From contig OZ059894.1 in the NCBI GenBank assembly GCA_964057225.1, forward strand, positions 6,138,001-6,202,000: 64,000 nucleotides of DNA, written 5' to 3'. Both the position numbers and the translations under genes were made by a program. Origin of the DNA: Auanema rhodensis. Its lineage: Eukaryota; Animalia; Nematoda. The notes under the pieces are model-generated. The model was not told the DNA's origin. It did no database searches and saw nothing but the letters and a program-made list of their open reading frames with translations. Below are positions 1 through 13,600 of the stretch, in pieces. Every line of letters begins with the position of its first letter. Positions within the stretch are counted from its first letter, which is position 1.

Positions 1-264
1 ATTTCCATGGGAATTTTAGTTCATATATCAGCAGCATTTTTCCGAGCTAATCAGCGGGTAACTCACTCGAACACAAACATTTATGTATTTTTATTTCTTC
101 AGGGTATTCCAACTGTGAACATGGACTCTGGTGATATTGAGTGGGTAGCAGTACCCAGAGAAGATGACTCATTTGCCGGAAGGTTTAAATAATATTTTTT
201 ACTTCACGAATTGATAATTTGAAGATCTCGCTGTGTTTTCTGTCGTAGAGGAGCCTATTCATGA
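1..264 (+). CDS. 3' end of an unidentified, probably membrane, protein gene (last 3 exons; starts upstream of the window)
   Basis: Two GT-AG introns join ...ISMGILVHISAAFFRANQR|GIPTVNMDSGDIEWVAVPREDDSFAGR|SRCVFCRRGAYS*, with TGA at 262-264. No family recognised. Confidence 0.55.
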
Positions 265-1684
265 GCTATATTATACAGATTCTTTTCATTGTTGCAATAA
301 ATGTTTCGGAAAACTTTTTTACTTTGTTTTGGGTCTAAGGCAAGAATGGTCACAATTCATAGTTTCGATAAATTGCAATCTCTATCATCAGGGTGTGGTC
401 CATATCCATATTTCCAATGCTCCAGGTAAGGAGTTTGTAATAAATTTTAATATATAACCCTTAAAAAATTCTTTCAGAATTACAATACAACAAGATTGTT
501 ATATTATTAATTACTAAAAATTTACACAAAAGTTATAAGGAAAAAAAGAAATTGATTGTCATTACCGTAGTCATAAAAGAAGTAAAGTGACATTTAGTCA
601 GAGTTTTCATATAAATATTTTCATTGATGACTAACTTATTTTTTAAGATATTATGTAACCATTACCTTCAAATCCTCGAAAAAAAAGTTTCCAAATTCTT
701 ATATTCGTAAAGAACATTCAATGAAGTTTGAGTTCATGCATGTACTTCACCTTTTAACATTTGTATTATTCCTTTCTCATATGAGGGAATTAAATGCCAT
801 TGTGGGTATAATTTACAATAAAATTTTAGTTTTAAATAAGAATTCGTATGATCAAATACAAAATATTTTCATCTCAATAAATTATACAAACGTTCTCAGG
901 GATTTCGGTAAAACTTAATGAGCAAAAGATTTAATATTATAATTTGAACTTTAAGGTATAAAACCACTCGTCTGTTTCGTAGAAACATGTTGGAAGCCTG
1001 AACATGTAAGAATATTTCAAATTTTCGTTGAGAATACCAAAGAAGTTCATATATTAATAGATGAGGATCTTGCGTTTGAGTGTGGGGTTCCGAAAAAAAA
1101 ATTATTTTAATGATTAGTATTGAGTATGACTCTTAGTTTTTTCGTTAATCTAACTGTAACAACAAACATTTAAGTGTTGAAAATAAAAATTATTTTTCCA
1201 CCAATTAAATTTATTATCCACTTAAATAAAAACATAATTATCCATATATGTATATAACAATTTATGGAAATTTTTAGATTAAAAATACATATTATTAAAT
1301 TAATATTATAATATTATATCTCAGTTTAAATATATTGGTATTTTAAAATAATAAACGTTTCATCTGACTAAGATTACGTCATATACATCCAACTAATGAA
1401 TTCGTATAATACATAGTACAAATATCTTTGAAAACATGCTTTTAGCACTTCCTCAAGTGATGAAAACAAACATTTCTAACGACTGTTTGATGTGTTTATA
1501 TTTTTATTCGATACAATAAAAATAAATGATTAAAAAGTTACTAATAAACACAAGATGAAGATTACCAATGTATGTATGTATGTATATCGTATTCTGAATA
1601 AGTTTGAAACTGCATGAGTGATCAGTGATCAAAACTTGAATACAAAGAAACCCGTAAAAGAACAATAGACGATAATGGAACATG

Positions 1685-2225
1685 TTAACGTCTTCCAAAA
1701 ACTCCTCCTATACCAGTCATTAGGAGTCCTTCTGCAGCTCCTTTCCAGAACTTCTTTATTGGACCTTCCGATCTTTCCAAACGTGGTCCATAAGAGGGCA
1801 TACCACCATACCCATTCATGGGCATATATGGCTGAATTGGCACATTAACTGCTGCAGGATAGTAAGATGGATACTGCATAACTGGAGATACGCCACAGGA
1901 AATACATCCTTGAGATCCATACATCTATTAGAAATTAGAAATTAATACGTAATAGGATATAAAAGATAATTGTGAGTGTTATCATACAAACCTGAGTATT
2001 AAGATAAGGAGTTTGATCGACTTGTATCGGATAACCTCCAACCAGCCCATACGGCTTCAATATTCTATTTAAATATTGAAGTATTCAATAATGTACCTGT
2101 TGAACGTTGTTCCCGTCTAAACCGGCTGTCAATCCAAAACTAAGTAACTGACCATAACAAGGAAAAATTGATGCAAACATTAGGAACGAAGAAAAAATGT
2201 GAACATTTTTTGAAAGAAAATCCAT
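1685..2225 (-). CDS. Small secreted Gly/Tyr/Pro-rich peptide precursor with an amphipathic, amidatable C-terminus (3 exons)
   Basis: ATG 2225 lies 4 nt after a ttgtttcag acceptor. Signal peptide MDFLSKNVHIFSSFLMFASIFPCYG, then QLLSFG...; two phase-0 introns. The last exon is ORF 1685-1924, ending GPIKKFWKGAAEGLLMTGIGGVFG-RR*. Confidence 0.75.
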
Positions 2226-3370
2226 TATACTGAAACAATATTAATTTCAATAGCTCATCTTTGGTTTTTTTGTTGGAAAAGATAAAAATAAGAACAATAA
2301 TGAAGAAAATATGTGAAGTAGCACAATATAATATTTTGTCCTGGACAATGTAGCATATCGGTCTTCACAGAAATTTTTGAAAGTGGCTGGTAATTTTAAC
2401 GTAACTCGATGATGACCTCGTCTTCGAACACTTGAAAATCGGGACAACTATTATAATGGGGATCCAGACAGTAGAATGTCAAAGTCCTTTTTCATATGTA
2501 CTACTAACAATTGAAACATCCAGCTATTACAGCTGAAATAGCTTCAATCTGAAGTCATCAAGAAATTCAATGACGTTTAACAGGCTAAACCTGCCCGAGA
2601 TGTTATGCTTTTTCCAAAAATCATAAGTTCTTATTTATTTCTTGCTTTCCTTCAAAGGTTAACAGGATTATTTAGAAAGTTTCCATATTATAGATTTGTT
2701 GAATAGAATGAATTTGAAAGGTTACGCCCGTCGATCTAAATCTGATTTTTTTTAATTTGGTGTTGAGATTTAAAAATACATACATATGTACATGTATACA
2801 GAAAAATTATCATACTTTCTTGGAATGTGAGCATAGTAAAAAACTTTGATCAAATAGAATTATATTTTTATTTGAAAAACAATCAAAAATTCATTACATA
2901 TATACATCTCTGTATATTGTTTTATGCCTTTATGGTATAACAATCGTAATATAATAGAAACATATAGTTTTTGAATAATCTCAGAGATTAAACTTCGGAA
3001 TAACTACAATGTAGAAAAGTTGTGACAATTAGTTGTCGATTTCTTTTATATTATATTTTATGGTTTTCTTATATTATCTTTTAGCATAACATACTAATTA
3101 TAAAATTTTCATTGTATTCAACATACTATATTTTCATTTAAAAAGGCTGATTTGAATCATTTTTTTTCTCGAATTATTTAAGTGTTGAGTAGTACAATAG
3201 AATTGAAATGTTTTGTAATAAAAACATAAAATTAAAAATCTTGTCATAGTTCTATATCTTCTATTAATCCGAAATATCTGGTTTGGTTCAGAAGTAAGGG
3301 AATTACTCTCGGTGAATCTGTATTAATCCCAAAAGGTAAAGAATAAAATATTTTCATAATCAAACCAACC

Positions 3371-4076
3371 ATGCTATACAAACTAACGGTTGCCTTCTTT
3401 GTATTCTCTTTCTTTTCGTTAAATCAAGGTTTGTTTTTATACAAACAAATATCATAACATTATCATTTATCGAGGTATCCCATTAAATAACCCGGATGAT
3501 GTAAAACTCTTTGTTAATAAAGTCTTTGATGCAAGTAAAAATCAAAATATAAATCAGTCGTTCACAGGTTTGTTTCTTATCTAACAATTTTCTATTTCTA
3601 TGCTTCCAGTTCATAAAGAGAATAATACAATCATTCTTGATTCTGTGGACATTCCAGATGGTGATAACGTTGATATAGTTAAAGGTTTCTGTTTTAATTA
3701 TTCAAGAGATTTGTTCACAAACATATTCTCGTGTTGTAGTACATGATCAAAGTTCTTTTTTGAAAGGATTTCACTCCTTTATAATTAATATTAATTTTGT
3801 TTCAAACAATAGCAAATGAATAGTCTATTCAATTGACATTTTTCAGTTCTTACGAAGAGAGATAGTACTGATAACAAGGACATCTCAGAAAATAATGATA
3901 GAAAAGCTGAACTATCACTGCATGACGCTAATAATGGCTCCATGAACGTTGTTGTTGGTATATTATATTAAAAAACTTTGTTTTCTTATTAATTAACTAT
4001 TGTAGTTGGAGGAAACAAGCACGTGATTGATAATAATGGAGATGGAATATCCGTATCATCATCTGGAGGATGGTGA
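3371..4076 (+). CDS. Small secreted protein of unknown function
   Basis: Signal peptide MLYKLTVAFFVFSFFSLNQG|IPLNNPDD; consecutive phase-1 introns; ends NGSMNVVVVGGNKHVIDNNGDGISVSSSGGW* (TGA 4074-4076). Exon structure between about 3740 and 3846 is ambiguous. Confidence 0.6.
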
Positions 4077-4247
4077 AAAAAGTTTGATCTCGAAAATGTG
4101 GAATAATAAACTTGAAACTTCAAATTTTTTAATCTTTGTACAACAGTTATACAAGCGTAGTTTACAGATAACAATTTGGAAAACATGGCACAAGAATGAC
4201 TTAGTTTTAAAAACAAAATTGTGTTCCATTGATACAAAAAGATCAAA

Positions 4248-6016
4248 TCATTTATTTTCCGAGAGCCAATTATATGACTTTTGAATTTTATCCACAACTT
4301 GCTGAAAAATAATAAAGTTTCAAGAGAGGCAAAGAAAAATAATAACCTTCCAATATTGGTCAGAATTTTGATCTAAATTTCCAGATGATATTGCAGGAAC
4401 TGATGAGGAACCCCTGCAACAAATATAATGTGATGGGTTTTTTTTTCAATTCTTACCAGGTGGGATCAAACGTTTTGAACATTAAATGCAACCGTTTGAT
4501 GTATTCTGCTTCTGGAATTTTTTTAACAATTGATTGATCGATCTCCGAATTGAGCTGTGATTCATCTTGACCAATTTTATCACGACCGGAACACTAAAAT
4601 TAACACAATAATCTGAATTACGAAAATATCTGATGACCTCTACTTCTGACTCATCGTTAGTCGGACTCAGAAACCACGATTGTGCGTTGGACTGTTGAAT
4701 ATTACGAATTATTTCCTCAAATCCGTAGCGTTTCGCCCTAATAATTGCAATTTAGAATTATAAATAGATCAACAATTACTTAACAGGATTATCCAAACTA
4801 TGTCTTCGTTTTGTAGTTCTAGAGCAAAAACTACTTGTTTGGCTAGCAGAGTCATCAGCAAAGGAAAGTCCGTTCTGAAGTAGCCAATCAGATAAGGGAC
4901 GACTCAACATCTGGAAACAATTGATAACAAAAGTATTATTTAGTTGCATACCTTCGCAAATTCACTGCTAACAATTGAAGTTGAATCAGACGACATTTTT
5001 GCATCACTAACAACATCATATGAGCTTGTTTCTGAGACATCTTCAGGCTGAGCGGCAGTTGTCTTAAAATAATGTTTTAACTATTCTACCAAGCAAACTA
5101 ATTTTACTTTTATAACTTCAAACTCTGCCATCAAAGCTGAAATATCAGCATCTAGAGCGACAGCTCCTGAAGGAATTCGTTTAAGCCAACTTTGAACCTT
5201 TAACAAGTGTAACAAATTAGGAATATACGAGATTGCGAATGCTTACAGTGCTTGCTGGAGCTACATGTCCATTTCGCTCAGAGTTTAACGTTCCAAAACG
5301 AAAAACAGACTTATGAGTCATACCAACATCGTCTTCATAATCTTCCATTTCCCGTGGTAAGCTCTCACCAGACTATAATCTTAGTTTCAGAAAAACAAAT
5401 TTAAATTAACAAATTACAGGTGCAAGTTCATTATGAGAGGAAACAGTCTTCAAACAACCGAATGAAGAGATCGATGAACGAAGTTTCATCAAATCTTTTT
5501 CAAATTCAATTCTTCCAACGTCTTTTGGAATATGCTCGAAATGGTTTAATCTGGAAGGTATGAATGAAATTGTTCTAATGAAGATTTATAATTTTACTTC
5601 ATCAAAATATTTACAGCATTTACAGGTAACCCGTCATTCCTTCTAACTGATTCCAAAACTTGCTGACAAGTTCCTGTAAAGAGCAAATTATGGAATCATA
5701 TAATGATTATGCCAACCAATTCCAGTATGAATTTGTTGTTGCTGCTCTGATAAACTATTTTCTTTTAATGACATTAAAACATCTAGTTGATCTAATAGTT
5801 CTTGTTCGCGAGCACGAATCAAAGACAGTTGTTGAGAAATTGATTGAGAAATTTCTTTTCTGATCTGAATAACCAAATTAGCTACGTCCCTTGAAAACGA
5901 CTTACTGAATCCACATTGGCTCTCAACGAAGCTTTAGAAGACGCTACACATGCAGCAGCATTTTCGAGAGTTATAAGCTTTTGGGAAAGCCCAGCCTCAA
6001 CAGATCGATGGTCCAT
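4248..6016 (-). CDS. NCOA4/ARA70-like protein (candidate ferritinophagy cargo receptor), about 12 exons, roughly 430 aa
   Basis: The spliced N-terminus LRANVDSIRKEISQSISQQLSLIRAREQELLDQLDVLMSLKENSLSEQQQQIHTGIG aligns without gaps to the recalled human NCOA4 coiled coil (IKDNLREVKAQIHSCISRHLECLRSREVWLYEQVDLIYQLKEETLQQQAQQLYSLLG). LRSSISSFGCLKT matches LRQTITTFGSLKT. EFAKMLSRPLSDWLL resembles the ferritin-binding segment. All introns are GT-AG. Confidence 0.8.
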
Positions 6017-6368
6017 AAGGCTACAAGTAGCAATGTATACGATGACACTGATGAAAAATGTATAAAGCAACTAATTCTGGAAAGGAAAACGAAGAACTGA
6101 CCACCGATAACAATTTGAAAATGTTAGATATGAAAATTGATAAACACAAAATGTCCAATTAATAAAAGAAAGCTTGTTAACTTCAAAACCTTTATGTATT
6201 ACACAAAACATAACCCTGTTCCTATTTAAACCAAAAATAGAGAATCACTTAATTATTGATACAATTGACATATTTTCAAAAATCATTGCCAAATATTAGA
6301 CTAAAGACATGTATTACACTCAAGAATAAGCTTATGGAAGCCACTTCCGTGAGAAAGAAGAACAAGTT

Positions 6369-8736
6369 TTATTGTCGATGTAGAACCAGACTAAAAAATA
6401 TTGAAGTAAAAACGGCACTTGAGTTGAACAATTACCTTGAGATGAGAGTGATAAGAGGGTTGGGCATACTAACATCTGGGTGATCTCCAGAGCATCCTCC
6501 CATATCGATGTGGGAAAATTTGATAGGATGGCTGCTGTCAGTTCCGTGCTCATTAAGACGAGAGGCCTAAAAGTTGAACTTTATAACTTCATGATTATAA
6601 AATTGTTTTTACCAGGATAAGGAAAGCACCAGGAGTTTGATGTCCTCGGAGTGTTTGAGCACTGGGTTTGGTGTTTCCTTGTCTTAAATCGGCTTGAGGG
6701 CTTTCAGCTTCATGGAAGGCGAAATCCTATAATGTCCAAATGTATTAATTTTACAAAATGTTAATAATACTTCGGGATGAAGTCTGCTGATTTCGATTGG
6801 TTGTCCATATATATCTCCCACTTCCTGAACCTTTCTGGCCCAACCACTTTGTTTAGCTGGTCCATTATCCATAATAGCAGCATAATATCCATAAGATAGA
6901 ATTTCATGGCCAGTCAAAGTAGCGAGAGTCATAAGATGAGGATTAATAGCAGTTAAAGCTTCTTCTTTGGCTTTAGTAAGGGGGTCAAGCATAGTAATGC
7001 GTCCCTCAGCATCAGTGTTGTAAATGTGAATACGTCTGCCGCTTCTAGATGTAATTACTTCATCGCAAGTGTAAGCACGAGCTCCGATACTGTTGCGAAC
7101 CATACACATGTAACCAACAACCTAGATAACATGATTATTCTAAATCAAGCTGTCGCCACCATACCTTAATATTTTTGGGTTTCAGAATTTCTAAGGCCTT
7201 GAAGAATCCGGCCAAAACAGCACTACCATACTTATCACGGCACATACCAAACATATGCCCTCCAGTCTTAAGATCACATCCTCCTATATTAAAAAATGAT
7301 ACAGGGCAAGTGTATTCCTATGAAATACCGGTATCGAGAGTTACACCCTTTCCTACAAGGTAGATAGTATCCTTAACTTCACCTTCACCATTGTATTCCA
7401 ATCGAATGAGTCTGGCCTTTAAAAATAGTTTTTATCAGGTAGGTAGAAAGATAAGCATACTCTATGTTCGGGGACAGTATTGGCACATCTATTAACTGCA
7501 TGCATCAAAGGATACTCTTTTAAAATTACGTCTTGATTATCTTCAACATCCACTTTAACGTGGCCACCGGCGAATGCAGCCTGAAGCAACAGTTTAAATT
7601 CACAAAAATGTGAGGAAAAAAGTATGAAATCTGACAAAAATTTACCTTGACATATTCAGCAACACGAGGAGGAGCCATTCGTTCAGGTCCTTGCTCGCCG
7701 ATATCACGACAAACCGTCATAGCTGCTTCATATGCACTAATAAGTTCGACTAAGTTGGATGTATTGGAGTGCTAAAACTTTTACTAAATTTTAAGAATAA
7801 GCTCTCGAACTAACACTGAGGAATCCCAATGAATCAAGTCTTTGAGTTTTATCTTCTTCTCTAACATTTAATGGAGTATACGCAGGTAGCAAAGCTCCCA
7901 ATGCGGATACTAATTCAGCTTGTGGAAATCGAGGAGTTGGGATAGTTACAAGAAGAGGCGATCGCATGCCCACAGATAAAGCCCTGGAAAAGTCTGTTTA
8001 ATTTTTCATTTTTCATATTTCAAGAATTTCAATCGTTTCAAATAAGAATATGAATCTTAAATTCAAAGTGAGATCAATATACATGAGGGCTTTCTAATTT
8101 TAGTTTTTTTGAACGATTCAAATTGCTAAGGTATAATCACTTTTATGAATTTCACGAAATTCTTCTGTAATTTCATAAACTATAGTCCCATATTTTTGTA
8201 ATAGATCATTAGTCGATGAATTGAAACAAAAAATATAATTGGAACCCTTTTGTACTTTTCAAGAACAGAGATAGCACTCGATAAGAAAACTAATAGTCAT
8301 AAAAGATTAAAAAAATAATTGTATGAAGGAATACTATCTTACAATTTCATTCCATTTTTTCCAGCAGTTTGGAATCGACGAACATCATCGTAATCTCTGG
8401 AAACATTACCTAGAAATGGATACAAATTAAATCAATATAAAAAGCGTAAAAGAACCAGTTCCAGAAAGCACAATTCTTCCAGAAGGTACAATACTCTTGT
8501 CAACAGCAACAAGTGAGGTAGTATTAACACAACCTTGGTGAATCTAAATTTTAAAATTTTTAAATGAAACGGTTAGAATCCAATACATCGGCAAAATTCT
8601 GCACAACTCCTGCCAAACTTGCTGTGTGCTCAAAATTAAGAAGTTGCTTAGAGCAACTCGTTACTAACACAACTCCATCAAAGGCTGCGTCAGCGATTGA
8701 CGATGCCTTGACTAATCGAGTGGAAAGATAATTCAT
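6369..8736 (-). CDS. lap-2: M17 leucine aminopeptidase, orthologue of C. elegans W07G4.4
   Basis: Motifs VGKGVTLDTGGCDLK, GMCRDKYG, NTDAEGR, ATLTG and SHIDMGG. Canonical GT-AG introns; TAA at 6369-6371. A short N-terminal extension upstream of ATG 8736 is possible. Confidence 0.93.
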
Positions 8737-9596
8737 AGTAACTTGAGACAGTAAGCCTGAAAAAAGTAGTTTAATATCAAAAATATAATCAAGGTAAAAT
8801 CGAAAGAGATAAAGGAAACAAAGAAGTGTGGCATGCATTTGGATGAGCTGCATAATATAATGTTAAGACGCCATCAAGAAGTAGTTTATCAAATGAAGAA
8901 ATTGTAGCCAAATCTCCTGAACAAACAAAAAGAGGATTCACAACGGGTGATGGAGAACTGTAATCGAAGTGACGAAACGGGAAAATGTTTAATGCGCACC
9001 GATAGCATTTGTGTTTGAAGTATTTTAGAAATATAATTCAAAAGATTACTAAAAAAAGCAGGCACTACCCATAAAATAAATATATAAACTTCTTACTACT
9101 CAAAATTTGCAAAAAATATCAAACCTATCGGAGATCCTTCTCTCTCTATATATATATAGATTTATACATGAACATTACATGCATAGAAGGCACGTGATGT
9201 CAAATTGAAAATATAATACGCATTTGCGAGGGGCATTTTATATGTATGCTAAGCCTATTCAATTCTCTTCTACTCTCTCGGCGCCCTAAGGCCTTCCTAA
9301 AACTTAGGAAACTGAATTGAAATCGATAATTCTAAGTATATTATTGTTCAAGTAGAATAGAGAAGATAATAAATTGGTGATTCTGTGTTCAAAAGTCAAC
9401 AGAAAAAGAGTTTATCCTTATTTTAAGAATATTTTCTGGAACAGAAAACTGTGTTTTATTTTCAATTTTTTATATAGTTAAATACGAAACGGAAGTATTA
9501 TATCAATCATTTAACTAAGAAAATTACACAGAAGAGTTTCCTCATTTTTAGTTATTACGATATATTACATGATTGTTTTTAAAATATGCGACAAGA

Positions 9597-9600
<4 letters not shown>

Positions 9601-9662
<62 letters not shown>
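9601..9662. repeat. Compound microsatellite (TA)22(GA)9
   Basis: Directly visible. Confidence 0.97.
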
Positions 9663-10648
9663 AAGAAAGGAAAAGAAGGAAAGAGAAGGATATTCAGTAA
9701 CGATCTTGACAATAAATAATAAAATAAATCAGGAAAATGGCATCTTCAGCGAGTGAGGCAACGTCTTAGGTTAGTGAAAGAAATGTTTTCGAAATATGAA
9801 GGAGGAAAGCAATATTCTACGACTGAAGATCACTAAGCTTCTATTAAATAGAAAGAGCTTTTCAATGCTTCTAAATTCGTCTTAGAAATTGATGCTGATG
9901 CACATTTTAAAAGGAATCATCACTGTCTGATTATAATGGAGAGGAAGCATGGTAAAGGGCAATTAGGAAAGACTGTGCCCGTGTTTTATCGAACTTACAG
10001 AGTAACTTTAGGACTCACTTGATGTGGGAAGAAATCTTGTGAAAACTGAAATTAATTTCAAGATAACAGTGTGTCTTCTAGATAGATAAGGAAATAAAAA
10101 CAATATCGCTTGACGTGTTCCACAGTACAGCTAAGAATTGGAAAGGGGAGTCATGTCACTAATAGCTGCTATGAGCCATATTAGGATTAGTAGCATTAAT
10201 AGATAGAAAACGATAAGAACTTTAGCAGGACTTTGCTACTCGTACTTAATTTTTTTCTTCCTGGAGAACTGATATCATATTACGAGGTTACAAGCAAAGA
10301 CTTGTAGTTCTCTCTTAATTTCCCGATAAGACAACCAAGCGGTAAAAGAACAAACATTCAAACTGTTTCTCAAGAAAAATCATGTAAAACAACATAACAA
10401 GAGAAGCAACGAGAAGGTATGACGTTACCTTCACTTCAACAATAATAACGACGGCCTAAATTAGTTTCAGAGATCATGTTTTACTGATCCATCTATCTAT
10501 CATATCAGATTTAAACGTACATATATCATTTTTAAACAGTCTATCAATCATTTTCAGAAATATTTATTATTATGTCTAGAATAAAGAAGTATATTGAATA
10601 TTAGACATCAATGAATATGGCAAGCAACTGATAAAAGTAATATACATA

Positions 10649-13600
10649 TTAGTTCGAACACTGATCAGTATTTGACACTCGGATATTGTCGATTGCCAGC
10701 CATTTAAACTTTCGCCATTGAATTGCTTTCAAGTAGAACTAAATAGATAAATTATACTAGATTTTAGCAATACTATATCACCTTTTTTGTTGCTTTTGTC
10801 ATCGAAAATGTCTCTCCTGTCTTCCAATATAATCCTTTTTCGAAAGAAGGTACTGTATACGGGCAATAAAATGGAGAGTTGATACAAATCTGCAAGTCAC
10901 ACGTCAAATTTTATCAACGAAATTTGAGCTTGTTCGTCATTTTAATCATATATTCTAGATCAGTGTAGGTGGATGGAATTAGGCGTTAATCAACGTCATC
11001 TGATTAATTTTAAGGTAAAATAATCAACACCAATTAATCTTATCAAACTAATAGAAAGAAGTATAATATATTTCGTGTGTTATTGCATGCAATTGCAAAA
11101 TCAAATGTAATTTTTAAAAATTCTAATCACTACCTGTAGCGTTATATCGTTTGAGCGACGATATATGTCAAGACTAAGCAAAAAATCAGATTCTAAATTT
11201 AGTACAGGTGATTCCAATATATATGTAGTGATAGAATTATCGTTAGTATCTGTTCCAACGTACAGAAAACCTGAAGCATAAATTTGAACAAATGTATAAT
11301 CTATAGAGCTTATAGCTTATACCTCCATTTGAATCATCGTCACTTTTAATTCCAGTGTGAGGATTACCCACTCTGTCGCTTCCTAAACTCCATTCAGAAG
11401 GTCTAAAAACAGCAAACTGTCATGTATTACTAATGGCTTGTGTTTACTTTATGGTGTCATTCCTATAATTTTTATATCCACAGAAGCTCCCGTCAAATGT
11501 GCAATTAACTAATTGGCAAACATTGATTTTTCGAATTCGTAGGTTTTCTGCTTTGCTATTCTCAAATGGAGACATTCCAGGGGGTCCTAAAATATTATTA
11601 CATCACATGTTAAAGGATGAAAAATCAAAACATTTATCAACGAAAAAACCATGCTTAACCAATTAAGTCGATAAGCCTTTAAAGTACCATATACATAAAA
11701 CTATTCGGAATATTCCATGTAGATTACGGGTAGTATAGGGATTACTTATTTTTGCTCAAAAAATTCTTGTAATATCATTGATATCTTGTTATAGATTTTA
11801 TCTTTTGCTGCGGTTTAATTCCAAAAATATTTTAAATTCTACATACCATCAGAAGAACTCGATGGTGTGAGACTCATGATATTCATATCTACTCCAGTCT
11901 TCGGAATATTTCTTTCTGGGGATAGGGCTTCGCGTTCTAAACATTTAGTTATATAGGAGTCTTCGAAATGGTTGAAGTAACCAAAGTTTGCCACTCCGAG
12001 TTCTGGGTTTTCTTCAGGACGTGTTGGAATTCTTGCAAGTACATCTCCGGTATTATCTGCTGCTGATAACTCTTCTTCGAAGAATGACTCCACTACTTCT
12101 TGTGTAGGTAGAAGAGGATTGGTTTTTGATTCATCGGCTGGAGAAACTTCTTTTTTATTGTCACATGCTTCAGATTCATATGTCAAATTGTCAATAACAA
12201 AAACAGTAGGGTTAATCAGATTTGACACAGTTAATTCAATGTCAAAAAGGGTTGAGTTCGGATGTACTACCTGGACAGTAACCATAGAAGAATCATGATA
12301 CAATATAGGCTAAATGGCTAGTTTAAATTAGCAAAATATCATGAAAAACCTTGGTGCATGATCTAACGCTGTAATCCTGAGTACAAACTTGAAGGCGCAG
12401 ATGAGGGTTACCAACGGTCCAAAATTGGAATTTCAAATTTCCATTATCCCTTTGGCATGTTATTGGAGTTGATAATACAATTTCATTCGAGGGTGGTAGG
12501 CTCTGAAGGTTGAGTTAAGTTGATATATATCAAGGTTTTCCTGTTTCTAACATTTCTTTGAACTAAGCTCAGAAAAGAACCCATTGGTCTGTCAGTTGTA
12601 GTTCTTTGTGCCAATCGAGCAAAAGCCGCAGTCAACTCATCAGTCGGGAAACGAGCAACTTGATAAGAACTAGATGGAGATTTAAACCTGAAACAATGTA
12701 ATAGTACAAAAGGAAGAGTAAAAATTAGATACCGGCACGAGGTTCCTTCCTCAAATGAACAGGTTACAGATTTTTCATTTTGTTCAACATTGGGCAAGAA
12801 TTCCATGCAACTTAAAACCTCATGAATAGTTTGCATATCTGTTGTACACGTTGGTGGATAAGGACCTATAAATTATTTTTCTTCATTATTTCATATAAGT
12901 TAATTGATAAATAATTGTATAAATACATTTATTTATATATTTATATTATTAGATAATACCATTAATGGAGAGTTCTTGACCAAGTTGTTGAAGTGCAGCA
13001 TCGTCAACTGGCGCTCTAGGACCAGTCCCCTTAAGTCCTTATTTAAATAATTAATAAATTGAAAACATTAAATTCTCAAAATGGTTTCTGTCTGAGAATA
13101 ATTCAAAATCGATTTTATTCACCTCCGAACTCTGGATTAAAGTTGGAAAATGGAGTTTTTGTACATTGCCTGGTAATGCTGGGGGTGGTGGAACGTAGCC
13201 GGGATACGGCGTGAATTGTTGAGAAGAATCTCCTATAAACATATTAAATAGAAAAACAAGTCGCATCTAAAAAACCTTCAGAAGATTGCATGGATGTAAG
13301 TTCATTGTCGATAGAATTTGCAACAAGAGGTTCTTGCATATTACCGGATGAATGATGAGATGTTACTCCAGATACTATAACACAGTATTACAGAAACAAC
13401 TAAATATATGATAGACGCAGATAAATACCTAAGTCATTAGACGGCAATGTAAGCAACGGAGAAGACAATTTTTGTTGAGGAACTCCGGCTTGGAAAGGCG
13501 GTTGACACCCATTTACTAAAATATGAGAATTTTAGAAAAAACTACTATAACGTTGAAAAGTTTCCAAAACGTATTGCAATGAAATTAGGGAAAAACATTA

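Noticed and set aside
3740-3846. Possible GA or GC donor in the small secreted protein gene
   Set aside because: A GT donor or exon skipping also preserves the frame, and there is no homologue to arbitrate.
13123-13169. GC-AG intron plus a 9-nt microexon in MAM paralogue B
   Set aside because: A fully GT-AG solution exists (GAG|gtgaat to cttaag|GGG), so it is not required.
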